64,000 nt of DNA, taken from Histomonas meleagridis 2922-C6/04-290x. Taxonomy: Eukaryota > Protista > Parabasalia. The notes under the pieces are model-generated. The model was not told the origin of the DNA, did no database searches, and saw nothing but the letters and a program-made list of their open reading frames with translations. The position numbers and the translations under genes are program-made. Shown here one piece after another: positions 32,440 to 42,093 of this stretch. The stretch spans positions 1-64,000 of the forward strand of contig JAANOX010000099.1 in assembly GCA_020184695.1 (NCBI GenBank), written 5' to 3'. Every line of letters begins with the position of its first letter. Within the stretch, counting starts at the first letter, position 1.

Positions 32440-33027
32440 ATGAAGCATTCTTTCCAAATTGCTGTTATAGGAGCTAGATATACAGGCAAAACATCAATCA
32501 TTGGAAGATATGTCAGTGGATCTTTTTCTAATTATACATTCACTTCTCCAATCCCAACAGAATCAAAAGTTTCAATTCGTTTACCAAATAAACAAACAGT
32601 TGAACTTCAAATTTGGGATATCTCTGGATCTGAAGATGCAAAAATGATATCGATACCATGCGTTCAAAATTCAAATGCAGTAATCTTTGTTTCTTCTTAT
32701 GATGTTGAAGATTCTGTTTCTTGTGTAAAATCAACATGGCTTCCTGTTGTACAAGAATCTCGTAATAATGCGGTTATGTGTGTTATTAACAAATCAGATA
32801 TTAAAAATACAGAAAAAAGTAAACTTAGTGATGAAGTTGTGCAAGAACTTAAAGAAGAATTTGGAGGTTCGTTTATAGAAACATCTGCTTTAAACGGTAA
32901 TGGAATTGATCAATTATTCAAATCGATCACAGAAAAATATTTCCAAGTTAAAACTGTAACAAAGAATAAAACCCCCGGTAATACAAGCGAAACTAAAGAA
33001 GAAAAGGATAAGTGTTTTATTCAATGA
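32440..33027 (+). CDS. divergent Rab/Ras-family small GTPase
   Basis: GARYTGKTS, WDISGSE, NKSD, ETSAL, C-terminal CFIQ. Confidence 0.9.
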   Translation: MKHSFQIAVIGARYTGKTSIIGRYVSGSFSNYTFTSPIPTESKVSIRLPNKQTVELQIWDISGSEDAKMISIPCVQNSNAVIFVSSYDVEDSVSCVKSTWLPVVQESRNNAVMCVINKSDIKNTEKSKLSDEVVQELKEEFGGSFIETSALNGNGIDQLFKSITEKYFQVKTVTKNKTPGNTSETKEEKDKCFIQ

Positions 33028-33380
33028 AAAAATTTCAATTTAAAATTGTCAAAAATAAAGAAATTAATATTTAATTGTTTTATGAATAATTTTGTAAGCA
33101 TTTCATCAAAATTACATTTTCGTTTTGTCTTCATCATGTATATCGTTTCAAATTAATAATTATTTATTCATTTCTCAATTTTTATTTATTTAAATAATCA
33201 TTATTGATATCAATTTCTGGCGAATAAATAATCATTCAAATAATAGTTTATAGTTAAGTACCTCATCTAAAATTAGATGGAGACCAAAACATATAAAACA
33301 AATAACATAAATTATGCAATAAGAGAAACAACTTAAATTTCTTAATGAATTCATATGCAAAGTGATGATATTTTTATAAT

Positions 33381-34820
33381 TTATTCAAGTTTATTACTAA
33401 GAAGAACATCAATTTTCCCGACCAGTCTAGAAGCACGTTTCTGAACTTCTAACTCATTTCTTATAGTATTGACGAGTTTATCAAACAATGACCCAACTCT
33501 TGGATTATCGCTAATTACCAATCTGTAAATTTTTTCAACAGATGCAACTGTCTTTAAGATAATTTGCGACCACGCAGGATTGGTTACGTTTTCGGTAAGG
33601 AACTTTAACAAAGGCATAAGTCGTCCAGGATCTCGATTCGAAATTGCTTGATCTAATCTTCCAAGTCTGTCAAGTTCATCAAGCATACCAATAATGATTG
33701 AGGTATCGCCAATTTCTAGAACAGAGTCTAATGCAACTTCTTCATTAAATCTTTTTAATTCACGATTGTATGGCGCATCATTCCTTGGTTCGTATTGATT
33801 TAAAACTCTGAAATTTGCTGGCATTGAAAGCTCTGGATTCTTTTCTTCCACAATTTCTTCATCTTTTGCAAACTTAAGTTGAACGACCCCCCCTGATAAA
33901 CCGATAGCAACCGCTGAAGCGTCACTTTTGGCATCGAAGGCGGTTATGTCGCTATGGAGTTTCATTTGGAAAAGAAGAGAAAACGAAGATGGATCAAAAA
34001 CTTTGATTGTTCTGTCTCCTGATGCTGTAACAAGGTTGGAGCGAACAATTGTCATTCCAACAATTGGTCTGGTATGTGCAACAAATTTTGAAACTAATGT
34101 AGCTTTTGCTTTAATATCAACTACAATAACACATTCGCCTGAAGAAGCAAAAGCTCGGTTTCCACAAAGTGTGATATGAGTAATTGGATAATTTGGATCG
34201 ACAATTTCAGATAGGCATTCTTTCTTTGAGAAGTCCCATATCTTTATGGCACCATCGTGTGAAGATGTTACCCAAATGTTTCCTGATTCAAGTGGAACCA
34301 CACCCGAAACAGCATCATTGTGGGCTTGGATAACTTCAATTTCTTTCCTTTGAGAAATATCAATGATATGAACTTGACCATTTCCTGTTCCTGCAATAAT
34401 TTCATTAGCAAATGGTGAAAATGATAGAGAAAAGACAACACCAGAATTTAATTTGAATCTTTTTAGAAGAGTTTGATGGTCTTCCGTTGGGTATATATCA
34501 ACTGTCCCATCCTCTCTTCCTAATGCAATTAAAATCCCATCTTTTCGAAATGCGACTGAAGTAAATGGTGTTTTTGTTTTTGCAAATGAGAATTTATGTT
34601 GATGTGTCCTTCCATCAATCCAAGGACCAGATAAGCCAGAAAGGGCTACAATTGAATATGGAGCAACAGGCGAAAATTTAATTTGATTTATTGCAGAATT
34701 AAATTGAAAAATTTCGTTTTCTTTGAGCTTCTGCCAGACGGTAGACTCTTCGATTTCTGTTTTAGTTCGGATTTCTCCAACTGAAAATGGAACAGCTCCA
34801 TATTTTTGGAAAACCTTCAT
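33381..34820 (-). CDS. UTP15: UTP15-like WD40 SSU processome protein
   Basis: WD40 repeats plus a UTP15-type C-terminus (LDELDRLGRLDQAISNRD...LMPLLKFL). Confidence 0.8.
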   Translation of the reverse strand: MKVFQKYGAVPFSVGEIRTKTEIEESTVWQKLKENEIFQFNSAINQIKFSPVAPYSIVALSGLSGPWIDGRTHQHKFSFAKTKTPFTSVAFRKDGILIALGREDGTVDIYPTEDHQTLLKRFKLNSGVVFSLSFSPFANEIIAGTGNGQVHIIDISQRKEIEVIQAHNDAVSGVVPLESGNIWVTSSHDGAIKIWDFSKKECLSEIVDPNYPITHITLCGNRAFASSGECVIVVDIKAKATLVSKFVAHTRPIVGMTIVRSNLVTASGDRTIKVFDPSSFSLLFQMKLHSDITAFDAKSDASAVAIGLSGGVVQLKFAKDEEIVEEKNPELSMPANFRVLNQYEPRNDAPYNRELKRFNEEVALDSVLEIGDTSIIIGMLDELDRLGRLDQAISNRDPGRLMPLLKFLTENVTNPAWSQIILKTVASVEKIYRLVISDNPRVGSLFDKLVNTIRNELEVQKRASRLVGKIDVLLSNKLE

Positions 34821-34954
34821 TTTGTATGACCATTGGATTCAAACAAAGCAATTCAATTATTATAAGAAAACCGTTGGGGCACCCTGTTTGGAACAAAAAT
34901 AAAAATTTCTTGTTTTACATTTCAAAGAGAATAACTTGTTAAGATGTTCATTGT

Positions 34955-35962
34955 TTACTTTTGTGGTTGTTCGGGTGGCTTTGGAAGATTCAATGCCCAA
35001 ATTCTTTGAGCTTTATGGGATGTAACAAAGTCGAAAAGTACAATGTTGATTGGTGAAAGTTCTCCTGGCTTATCTTCGCAAATGTAACCAAGTGATCTTG
35101 GAATTTCGAAGTTGAACATACCAAATTGATCAGAATGAATGCATTGATCGAGTTGGTATGTAAGGCGCTGAACGCTATGGCCTTTATCTGTAGCCTTAAG
35201 GTATTGACCTGTAGCAGTGAAATAATGAAGATTAAATGTATTTGGTTTAAGAGCATCTTTACCTTTTTGCTTGGAAATAATACGAGCATCACGGAAGTTA
35301 GCGAGAATCTTTTGTGGGTTATCGCTGTTTGAGTAATTTCCAGAACAATATTCTCTGAATGGGAAGAATTTGTTATTACTAATTCTTGAATTAATTTTAG
35401 AATCTGCTTTTGGTACATCAATAAAGATTATGACTGGATGGCTAAGATCAATATCATTAGGATTGATTAAATGATCATAAGTTAATGTTGATATTTGGAT
35501 AGGATTTTTCGGATCTTGATCAAAAATTCTTGAACCTAGCATTTGACGAGCCATAAAACAAACAGAGCTAATGAGTTCTTTTTCACATTTTATCTTGACC
35601 ATAACAATTTCTCCTGGGTGACCATCAACGAACAAACGGATCATATCAAGATCTGTTTCCAAGGAATTTCCGATAACGGCAAGAACTCCTTTACCATGAT
35701 GAATCATAGGAACACCATCACTTTCCATACATCTTAAATCAAAGTATCTAACACCAAGCTTCAATTGCTCAGTGATGGAAAAGTCTTGTGTTTGATACCA
35801 GTTGTGACCATCCATTTCATAAGTTCCAGAATCATGAGTTCCTGGGATTTTGATACGATTAAGAGGGGTTGCGCCAAAGGTTGGACCAAATCCAGGCATA
35901 GCACGGATTTGTTCCATCCATTTTGAAGCCTTAATGTTCCTTCTGAGTAAGGAGGTTTGCAT
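34955..35962 (-). CDS. PI-PLC X-domain protein
   Basis: IPGTHDSGTY, QLKLGVRYFDLRC, IHHG, HPGEIVMV. Confidence 0.85.
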   Translation of the reverse strand: MQTSLLRRNIKASKWMEQIRAMPGFGPTFGATPLNRIKIPGTHDSGTYEMDGHNWYQTQDFSITEQLKLGVRYFDLRCMESDGVPMIHHGKGVLAVIGNSLETDLDMIRLFVDGHPGEIVMVKIKCEKELISSVCFMARQMLGSRIFDQDPKNPIQISTLTYDHLINPNDIDLSHPVIIFIDVPKADSKINSRISNNKFFPFREYCSGNYSNSDNPQKILANFRDARIISKQKGKDALKPNTFNLHYFTATGQYLKATDKGHSVQRLTYQLDQCIHSDQFGMFNFEIPRSLGYICEDKPGELSPINIVLFDFVTSHKAQRIWALNLPKPPEQPQK

Positions 35963-36766
35963 TTGGGGAAATGACTGGTTTTAACGTAATTTGCTATCGC
36001 TTTTTCAATAGAATTTTTTGTTCTTTCTGGGTTAAAAGGCGGTTGGACTGAAATTTGAAATAAACTGCTCATATTCTAAAATAACGTTCACTGAAAAATG
36101 CTTTCCTTCGTTTTTTTATAGTGTGGAAATGATTCTAACCCTTTTCTCACTATAAATAATGAATAACAGTTTTGCATTAAATAAACCAAAAAGATCATGT
36201 TTTTTAGCATTTAAATATTGAAAAAACAAATTTTTTATTTGAGAGATCTTGTTTTTTTTTTGTGTACTCTACATAATTTTTGAATGATTTATCCAAACCA
36301 TTTCAATTCAACCTTCACAAACCCAAAATATGTCCAAAAAGAAACACATCAATAAATAAACGAAACCCAATGATTAAAAATGAATGATGTGTGTGATAAG
36401 CTAAAATCGATAACATATAAATTAATTAAGAAATTATAAAAAAAAAATTTATTACGAAATATTATCATTTTATTTTCTAAATTTAAAACCTATATTCATC
36501 ATGCATCAAGCATAAATGGTTAATTATATTCTCTAATCTAAAATTTTATTCATGAATTTTTGATTTCAAAAAGAATACATATAAAAATAAATCGAAAATT
36601 AAATATATCATGTAACTATAAAAAAGGTAATACAGAGATTTTCCAACTTTGTTGTTTAAGGTAAAATTAGAGTGCATGTATGTTGTTGCGCGAAATTGAA
36701 TTTTAATTTAAATAGGTACCTCATGCCGGATGGCGACCGTTTGCGAGACATATAAATTATCGTTTT

Positions 36767-38497
36767 TCATTCAATTTTTATGATTTCGTCCTTCGACAAA
36801 ACTGATCGAATTCCTTGCTCCAATTCGTCCAATGTTAAATTTGGAACACCTTTTTGATCCAAAATACTCCTAAACTCTCTAAGTGTCCATTCTTTTGGTG
36901 AGTTTGATCTTCCATTTATTTGCCATTGATTTGTTGTCCTGTTGTATTGTATATCCACAATACACTCATCCATAGAAAGAATATTTGGCTTTGCAACTCC
37001 AAACTCAACAACTTCTTTATCAGACCCATAGTTATCCACAGTACCTACACAAACCATTGTTTCTCTCGAGACTTTAAGCTTAACAGCAGGATAATAAGAG
37101 TTGCTTAGTTTGAACTCAAAGATATGAGATGGATTTTGACTTCCAATTTCTGATTTCTCATCTTTTGGATAGAACAAAATTCCTGAAATTGGATAATCTA
37201 CAACTCCTTGATCCTTTTGAACAAATTTTTCAAATGAAGTTAATGGAAAACTTTTGAACACATCAATTGATATCATATTTGAAAAGATATCATTGGAATA
37301 TTTCTTTGTGCAACTGACAACATGGGTTGCAACTGACAATCTTTCATATCCAGGCTTTTGGCGAATATCATTATCAAAATAAATTAATAAATCTGAGATT
37401 ACAAATAACGGTTTCTGTCCTGGAATTGAAACCAAATAACCTTCAAAAAGTGACATGCTAACCGCCTTTTCAGGTGACATGTCACCATACAACTTTAATT
37501 CAATTTTTTGACATTTGTTTTTCTCTTGAATTAGATAGTTACCATCTTCTGCGATGTAAAGAAGACATCTAATTCCATGTGGCTTAGGGGTCAAGCAATA
37601 TTCACTCGTCATAAGTTCAAATGATGATGGAGTAAGTCTTGAAATTGGTGTCATTGGTGTTGTTGCTCTAAATTGCTGAAACTTTACATTAAGTGACATA
37701 ATAAGTTTGGAACGTAAACGTGAATCAACAGGTTCGCCAATTTCATCAAATGTTATTCTTACACCAGACTTTTCCTCTTGTGAAGAAACTATTGGAATTT
37801 TTGGACTCACTACTTGTGGAGGAGCTATTGGGGATTCTGGTTGGGAATACATTGTTGGTGAAAAAACTTTTGGCTGTGGTAAGGGAGAAACCACTGGAAT
37901 CTTTGGGCGTGTATCTTTTGTTGGTGTTTGTTTGTTTGGTGATTTCTGTTGTGGTGATGTTGATGGTATTGGGATGTTTGATGTATCTTGTTCCTTAATG
38001 AAGTTTGAATTCTTGGTATAGAGATACTTTTTATTGATTTCTTCTACAATATTTGGGTTCGTTATTCCATTGGGAAATGAATTAGAAAATGCAGAAAATG
38101 CATTATTGATTGTATAAGATTGTTCTTCAACAAGCCAGCGTACAATTAAATAACCACATACATCCATGCCATTGGTAGATACAAGGATAATGGAATCATT
38201 TATATTATTTTGATGTTTAATGTAAAATTCCGCTACTTTTTCTTTGAACAAAAAAAATGTTGAGCCGGTTGGAAGCTTTGATGGTGATATTTTAAAAAAT
38301 TTTATTTTAAATTCTTGCATTGCCCTTTTATCAATCGTTAGATATCTAGTGTGATAAAATATGAAAATTGTTGAATTTTTCTTATCCTCTATTGTATCAG
38401 ATATAGCTTTAAAGTCAAATTCATAGCCCTGATCAAAAGCGTAAGGTATGAAGCGTAAGACTTTCTTTCCGGAAAGCAAGTGAAAAATATCAAACAA
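36767..38497 (-). CDS. mRNA-capping-enzyme-like protein (triphosphatase + guanylyltransferase architecture), degenerate active sites; start codon unresolved
   Basis: LVSTNGMDVCGYLIVRWLVEE aligns with the metazoan-type HCxxGxxR region; KPHG, LFEGY, FVISD, SGILF and FEFK occur in the order of GTase motifs I, III, IIIa, IV, V. No ATG at the 5' end of the ORF. Confidence 0.7.
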   Translation of the reverse strand: MFDIFHLLSGKKVLRFIPYAFDQGYEFDFKAISDTIEDKKNSTIFIFYHTRYLTIDKRAMQEFKIKFFKISPSKLPTGSTFFLFKEKVAEFYIKHQNNINDSIILVSTNGMDVCGYLIVRWLVEEQSYTINNAFSAFSNSFPNGITNPNIVEEINKKYLYTKNSNFIKEQDTSNIPIPSTSPQQKSPNKQTPTKDTRPKIPVVSPLPQPKVFSPTMYSQPESPIAPPQVVSPKIPIVSSQEEKSGVRITFDEIGEPVDSRLRSKLIMSLNVKFQQFRATTPMTPISRLTPSSFELMTSEYCLTPKPHGIRCLLYIAEDGNYLIQEKNKCQKIELKLYGDMSPEKAVSMSLFEGYLVSIPGQKPLFVISDLLIYFDNDIRQKPGYERLSVATHVVSCTKKYSNDIFSNMISIDVFKSFPLTSFEKFVQKDQGVVDYPISGILFYPKDEKSEIGSQNPSHIFEFKLSNSYYPAVKLKVSRETMVCVGTVDNYGSDKEVVEFGVAKPNILSMDECIVDIQYNRTTNQWQINGRSNSPKEWTLREFRSILDQKGVPNLTLDELEQGIRSVLSKDEIIKIE

Positions 38498-39684
38498 AGT
38501 CGCAAGAAATCTTTGTGAATTTCAGGGTGCCCCGTATTATTGAAAAAGTTCAAAACCTAATTTAGGAGATAAAAGTTTTATCAAAACTTGAAGTGGGAAT
38601 GAAAAACAAATATATGTTTTAAATCATATAAAATATACCTAGCGTTAATGACAAATCTGAAGCAAATATAATCGTTTTGCAACATGGAACAATATCTATC
38701 CAATCACTACCGATTTGTTAATAAACATATTAATGTTCGGATTTATATAATTTGAGAAATTAAATTATATGTTGTAGAGCAGAAAAATTAGACTATCTAT
38801 TATATATGTATATAATATATTTGTGTAGTCAACATATTAAAAGTAGAGTAAAAATAATGTTGTGCATAAAATTTTTTTTGTATCAAAAATTGCAGAAATT
38901 CACTTTTGCTTAGTTTACTTCCTTTTCCGTTAGAAGGTTCTCTAAATTGATAAAAACAAGTGCAAAAAAACAAAATAAATTAAATGACATACATACCAAC
39001 ATGATGTATAGATGAATATAAAAGATAAAATATTTTATTAAATGAATAATATTTTTTTTAAATCTTCAAATTGCGAATCACTCACATCATTTGATTTATT
39101 CATTAAATTCAATGAATATGATTAGTTTGATATGTTGTTTATTTCTTTCTTGTTTATATCTAAACTTATATTCATTATTTTGATCGAAAATCATTTCTTC
39201 ATAACAATTTAATGGTTGAAAACTTTCTTTACTGATTTGTTTGTCTTTAGTTTTATCCTACTTTAAAAGAAAATGATTTCATTTGCAAATGAGCTCATTT
39301 GAAGAAAAACGATATAAAATCCCAAGATTGCCACTTCAATTCAAATGATATAACCGTTGAAACGAGCCTTTTCAATGTAATTTTCTCCGTTAATTCAAAT
39401 TAAAAACCACCGGAAAAATCAACAATAAAAGTGGACATCAACTTCAATTTTGTGATTTTAAACAATATTTTTAAAAATTCTAATCCATTAATCTCTCATG
39501 TAAAAAAATTTGATGAATAACATATGGGTATTTCGAACAAAAACTTTAATGATGAAAATGTATTGGTTAAAACCTCAGTTTCCTTGTATAAAAATTCTCT
39601 CAAAATTCAAAACTTCGACCAAAATTGACTTGAATCCCAGCGGTTACATAGAAATCAAGATTTTTGAATACTCGTTTACTTAAA

Positions 39685-41700
39685 ATGGAATACGGAAGCT
39701 CGAATCAAGGTTCTGGAGAATACGGAGAAAAATTCAAACACGACCCAAGTTTCGATGGCGTAGATCGCGAGAGAAAATGTACAGATATTTGCATGTGCAT
39801 CTTCTTTTTCTTATTCATCTGCGGCATGATTGCAATCCTAGTCGTTTCAGCCGTTAAAGGTGATCCAAAGTACTTCTTTGTACCAACTGATCACAGAGGT
39901 CTTATGTGCGGATATAACAACCAATTATTGAACGTCGAAAACGCTTCTGATTTACCCGATTTAACAGATAAACCAGCACTTTTCTGGGTACGTCCTGGTG
40001 TAAAAGGTTACGCTAGAAGCTTTTGCGTTGCAGAATGTCCAAATGAAGGTCTTTATACATATGCTTTCAAAGCAAACCTACAAATGCAGTCTAAAAAATA
40101 CCACGGATACAATGCAGATGATATGGGTGTTTGCGCCAAATGGAATGCTACAACAAATTCAACAACACCAATTGCCCCAGCAATTGAAAACTATTCAACA
40201 ACAGATCCTGATAGATATTTCTGTGGTTATGCAACTGAAGAACATTTCAGCAGATGTCTTCCAGTTACAGCTGCCTTTGATGATATCAGAGGTGATGTTA
40301 CTCAAACAATGAACTATCTTGCCAATGTTTCACAATCAATTGATTCAGTATCAGCTGTTGTACGTGCAATCCAAGATCTTTACAATACATATTGGATCAT
40401 TGCAGTTTGTGTTGTTATTGCCTTAGTTCTTTCATTAGTTTGGCTCTTCTTATTGAGATGCTGCGCTGCTGTCTTTGTCTGGATCACAGTTGTTCTTACC
40501 GCTGCAGCACTTGCGTTCCTTACATACATGTGTTACCATCAATCCAAGAACAACTTCGACAATGCTCAACTTATTGCAGGCATTACACTTGGAATTTATT
40601 CCGAAGAACTCAATCGCAAAGTATTCAATGTCTTCTTCTACATCTTACTTGTTCTTGACATTATCTTTGTTCTTGTTTTACTCTTCATGATTAAGCGTAT
40701 TGTATATAGCATCAATGTTATCAAGACAGTCTCACAGATGTTCTATAGTGTCCCATCATTATTCTTCTTCCCGATTGCACAATACATCATCTTATTCGTA
40801 TGGTGGATTTATGTCATTGCAGTTGCTATTGTGTTATTCGGTGCAGGTACCCCAACACGTGGCATTGTTCAATTAGATTCAAGCGATCCAATCTCAACAG
40901 CCGATGTAATCTCAATGCAATATGATACAGTTATCCAAGGCTTCTCCATCTATCACTTCATTGGCTTCCTTTGGGTTTCATGCTTCATTATGGCATTAGG
41001 TGAGATGACAGTTGCAGGTGTTGTTGCAGAATATTACTTTGCTTCTGATGACGAAAGAAACAACATGCCCAAGTTCATTTGCACACGAAGCTTACTTAGG
41101 TCACTTCGTTATCACACAGGTACACTTGCAGTCGGTTCACTCATCATAACAATTTGCAAGATCATTCGTGCAATCATCCAATTCATTGAACAAAAGACAA
41201 GAGAATCACAAAACACAGCAGTTAAATGCATTGTTAAATGTCTTAAGTGCTGCTTCTGCTGCCTCGAGAAATTCTTGAAGTATCTTAATAGAAATGCATA
41301 CATCATGACAGCAATGCACGGATTTAGCTTCTTCAAGGCATCCAAGGAAGCATTCTTCTTATTACTTAGAAATGCTGCACGTGCTACAGCACTTAATTGG
41401 GTTGGCGACTTCACATTATTCCTTGGCCGTATCCTCATCTCTGCACTCGTCTCTGGTATATCAATCCTCATATTCAAGGATCAAGATGACGTTACATTCT
41501 ATATCGTCCCAGCAGTCATTGTTCTTATTATGTCTTACTTAGCAAGTGGCGCTTTCACTGGCGTGTTCGAAATGAGTATCGACGCAACATTCCTTTGCTT
41601 CCTTGAAGATGAAGAACGTAACGATGGCGGTCCTGGTGCTCGTCGTCATACTCCAGATGAAATGAAGCAATATCTTAATGACAATAATTTAAATGCATAA
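39685..41700 (+). CDS. choline transporter-like (CTL/SLC44) protein
   Basis: RKCTDICMCIFF, PTDHRGLMCG, YHTGTLAVGSLII, LKYLNRNAYI, IDATFLCFLED; about 10 TM segments. Confidence 0.92.
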   Translation: MEYGSSNQGSGEYGEKFKHDPSFDGVDRERKCTDICMCIFFFLFICGMIAILVVSAVKGDPKYFFVPTDHRGLMCGYNNQLLNVENASDLPDLTDKPALFWVRPGVKGYARSFCVAECPNEGLYTYAFKANLQMQSKKYHGYNADDMGVCAKWNATTNSTTPIAPAIENYSTTDPDRYFCGYATEEHFSRCLPVTAAFDDIRGDVTQTMNYLANVSQSIDSVSAVVRAIQDLYNTYWIIAVCVVIALVLSLVWLFLLRCCAAVFVWITVVLTAAALAFLTYMCYHQSKNNFDNAQLIAGITLGIYSEELNRKVFNVFFYILLVLDIIFVLVLLFMIKRIVYSINVIKTVSQMFYSVPSLFFFPIAQYIILFVWWIYVIAVAIVLFGAGTPTRGIVQLDSSDPISTADVISMQYDTVIQGFSIYHFIGFLWVSCFIMALGEMTVAGVVAEYYFASDDERNNMPKFICTRSLLRSLRYHTGTLAVGSLIITICKIIRAIIQFIEQKTRESQNTAVKCIVKCLKCCFCCLEKFLKYLNRNAYIMTAMHGFSFFKASKEAFFLLLRNAARATALNWVGDFTLFLGRILISALVSGISILIFKDQDDVTFYIVPAVIVLIMSYLASGAFTGVFEMSIDATFLCFLEDEERNDGGPGARRHTPDEMKQYLNDNNLNA

Positions 41701-41737
41701 ATTAAGGAATAATTCTAATTAAACTATTAATGGTTTG

Positions 41738-42075
41738 AAATTTGAACTTAATGTAGAAAAAGTGTCTGTTGAGTTTTTGACAGAAAAGTGGCGGCCACTT
41801 TGAGATGCATCTAACGTTCCCCGGTGAGAAATAATGAGAATGGGAACGAACTGTTACTTTTGTGCGTTTTTGGGAGTAACTCTTGTTAACTATTAAGCAG
41901 AAGCTGCAAATTAGCAAATGGGTTAAGGTGTAGAAATAATTTGAATCGCATAAATGCTGAAGGAAATTTGTTGTGTATAATATAATTGTCACTTTTTGCA
42001 TACTGAAGGTTTTGGAGTCAGATGGAGAACGAGAAAGCAGAAAGTGAAAGTGTTCATTTGCGTTGGTTCAAGTTT
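41738..42075 (+). ncRNA. candidate structured RNA of unknown family
   Basis: 11-bp terminal helix, a second long-range helix and several hairpins; G-U pairs favour the + strand; followed by a T-run. Detected by eye only. Confidence 0.4.
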
Positions 42076-42093
42076 AATTTTTTAATTTAGCGT

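Noticed and set aside
36115-36156. Hairpin TTTATAGTG/CACTATAAA containing CTAACCCT (telomerase-template-like)
   Set aside because: Only an 8-nt match, inside a hairpin, in plain AT-rich DNA with no other telomerase RNA elements; compatible with chance.
38540-39660. 1.1-kb intergenic region as a hidden gene or ncRNA
   Set aside because: Only short stop-rich frames and no convincing pairing pattern.
42065-42072. tRNA gene suggested by GGTTCAAG (B-box-like)
   Set aside because: No cloverleaf can be built; the motif is better explained as the 3' strand of the long-range helix.
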